A DNA stretch of 64,000 nucleotides, from assembly GCA_951406725.2 (NCBI GenBank), contig OX597827.1, positions 19,344,001 to 19,408,000 on the forward strand, in the 5' to 3' direction. Both the position numbers and the translations under genes were made by a program. Under the pieces are notes generated by a model. The model did not search any database, was not told the DNA's origin, and was given only the letters and a program-made list of their open reading frames with translations. The stretch comes from Octopus vulgaris. Its lineage: Eukaryota. Positions within the stretch are counted from its first letter, which is position 1; each line of letters starts with the position of its first letter. Of the stretch, positions 62,901-64,000 are shown piece by piece.

Positions 62901-63983
62901 ACCGAGCACAAAAGCACATTATAACACAAAGGGAGCTGTTCATGGGTTAACTGAGTACAAAAACACATTATAACATAAAGGGAGCTGTTGATGGGTTAAC
63001 CAAGTACAAAAACACATTATAACATAAAGGGAGCTGTTGATGGGTTAACCGAGTACAAAAGCAGATTAAAACATAAAGGGAGCTGTGTATGGGTTAACCG
63101 AGCACAAAAGCACATTATAACATAAAGGGAGCTGTTGATGGGTTAACCAAGCACAAAAACACATTATAACATAAAGGGAGCTGTTGATGGGTTAACCAAG
63201 CACAAAAGCACATTATAACATAAAGGGAGCTGTTGATGGGTTAACCAAGCACAAAAGCACATTATAACATAAAGGGAGCTGTTGATGGGTTAACCAAGCA
63301 CAAAAGCACATTATAACACAAAGGGAGCTGTTCATGGGTTAATTGAGTACAAAAGCACATTATAACATAAAGGGAGCTGTTGATAGGTTAACCGAGCACA
63401 AAAGCACATTATAACACAAAGGGAGCTGTTCATGGGTTAACTGAGTACAAAAACACATTATAACATAAAGGGAGCTGTTGATGGGTTAACCAAGCACAAA
63501 AGCAGATTATAACATAAAGGGAGCTGTTGATGGGTTAACCGAGTACAAAAGCAGATTATAACATAAAGGGAGCTGTTGATGGGTTAACCGAGTACAAAAG
63601 CAGATTATAACATAAAGGGAGCTGTTGATGGGTTAACCGAGTACAAAAGCAGATTATAACATAAAGGGAGCTGTGTATGGGTTAACCGAGTACAAAAGCA
63701 CATTATAACATAAAGGGAGCTGTTGATGGGTTAACCGAGTAGAAAAGCACATTATAACATAAAGGGAGCTGTTGATGGGTTAACCGAGCACAAAAGCACA
63801 TTATAACATAAAGGGAGCTGTTGATGGGTTAACCGAGTACAAAAGCACATTATAACATAAAGGGAGGTGTTGATGGGTTAACCGAGCACAAAAACACATT
63901 ATAACATGGGAGCTGTTGATGGGTTAACCGAGCACAAAAGCACATGGTTAACCCATGAACAGCTCCTTTTATGTTATAATGAG
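59931..63983. repeat. 49-bp tandem satellite (about 82 units) bounded by 38-bp terminal inverted repeats
   Basis: Unit CACATTATAACATAAAGGGAGCTGTTGATGGGTTAACCAAGCACAAAAG. The left end 59931-59968 and right end 63946-63983 are inverted copies (35/38 identical). Confidence 0.97.
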
Positions 63984-64000
63984 AGTGAAGAGGCAAAAGT

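Noticed and set aside
59931-63983. CRISPR array
   Set aside because: Units are fully repeated with no unique spacers, no cas genes are present, and the context is eukaryotic.

Overview
Eukaryotic, repeat-saturated genomic DNA. The SINE families and microsatellites look like those of a coleoid cephalopod, probably Octopus; this is an inference from recalled repeat families. One complete protein-coding gene is present: an intronless RDH14-like short-chain dehydrogenase (32880-33827, minus). There is also a likely first coding exon of an unidentified plus-strand gene (48296-48446). The rest is mostly transposon debris: 5'-truncated RTE, RTE-X, CR1-group and L1/Tx1 LINEs, at least four tRNA-derived SINE families, Helitrons, a piggyBac-type MITE, a mariner fragment, LTRs, fold-back palindromes and micro/minisatellites. 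Nearly all ORFs in the supplied track are spurious repeat read-throughs. Highlights: (1) four distinct minimal type-I hammerhead-ribozyme motifs with palindromic helix III, of the Penelope-like pLTR type, one inside a long inverted repeat; (2) a 4-kb 49-bp satellite bounded by 38-bp terminal inverted repeats, apparently grown inside a tiny MITE; (3) SINE/LINE 3'-tail sharing visible within the window for CR1-group and L1/Tx1 partners.
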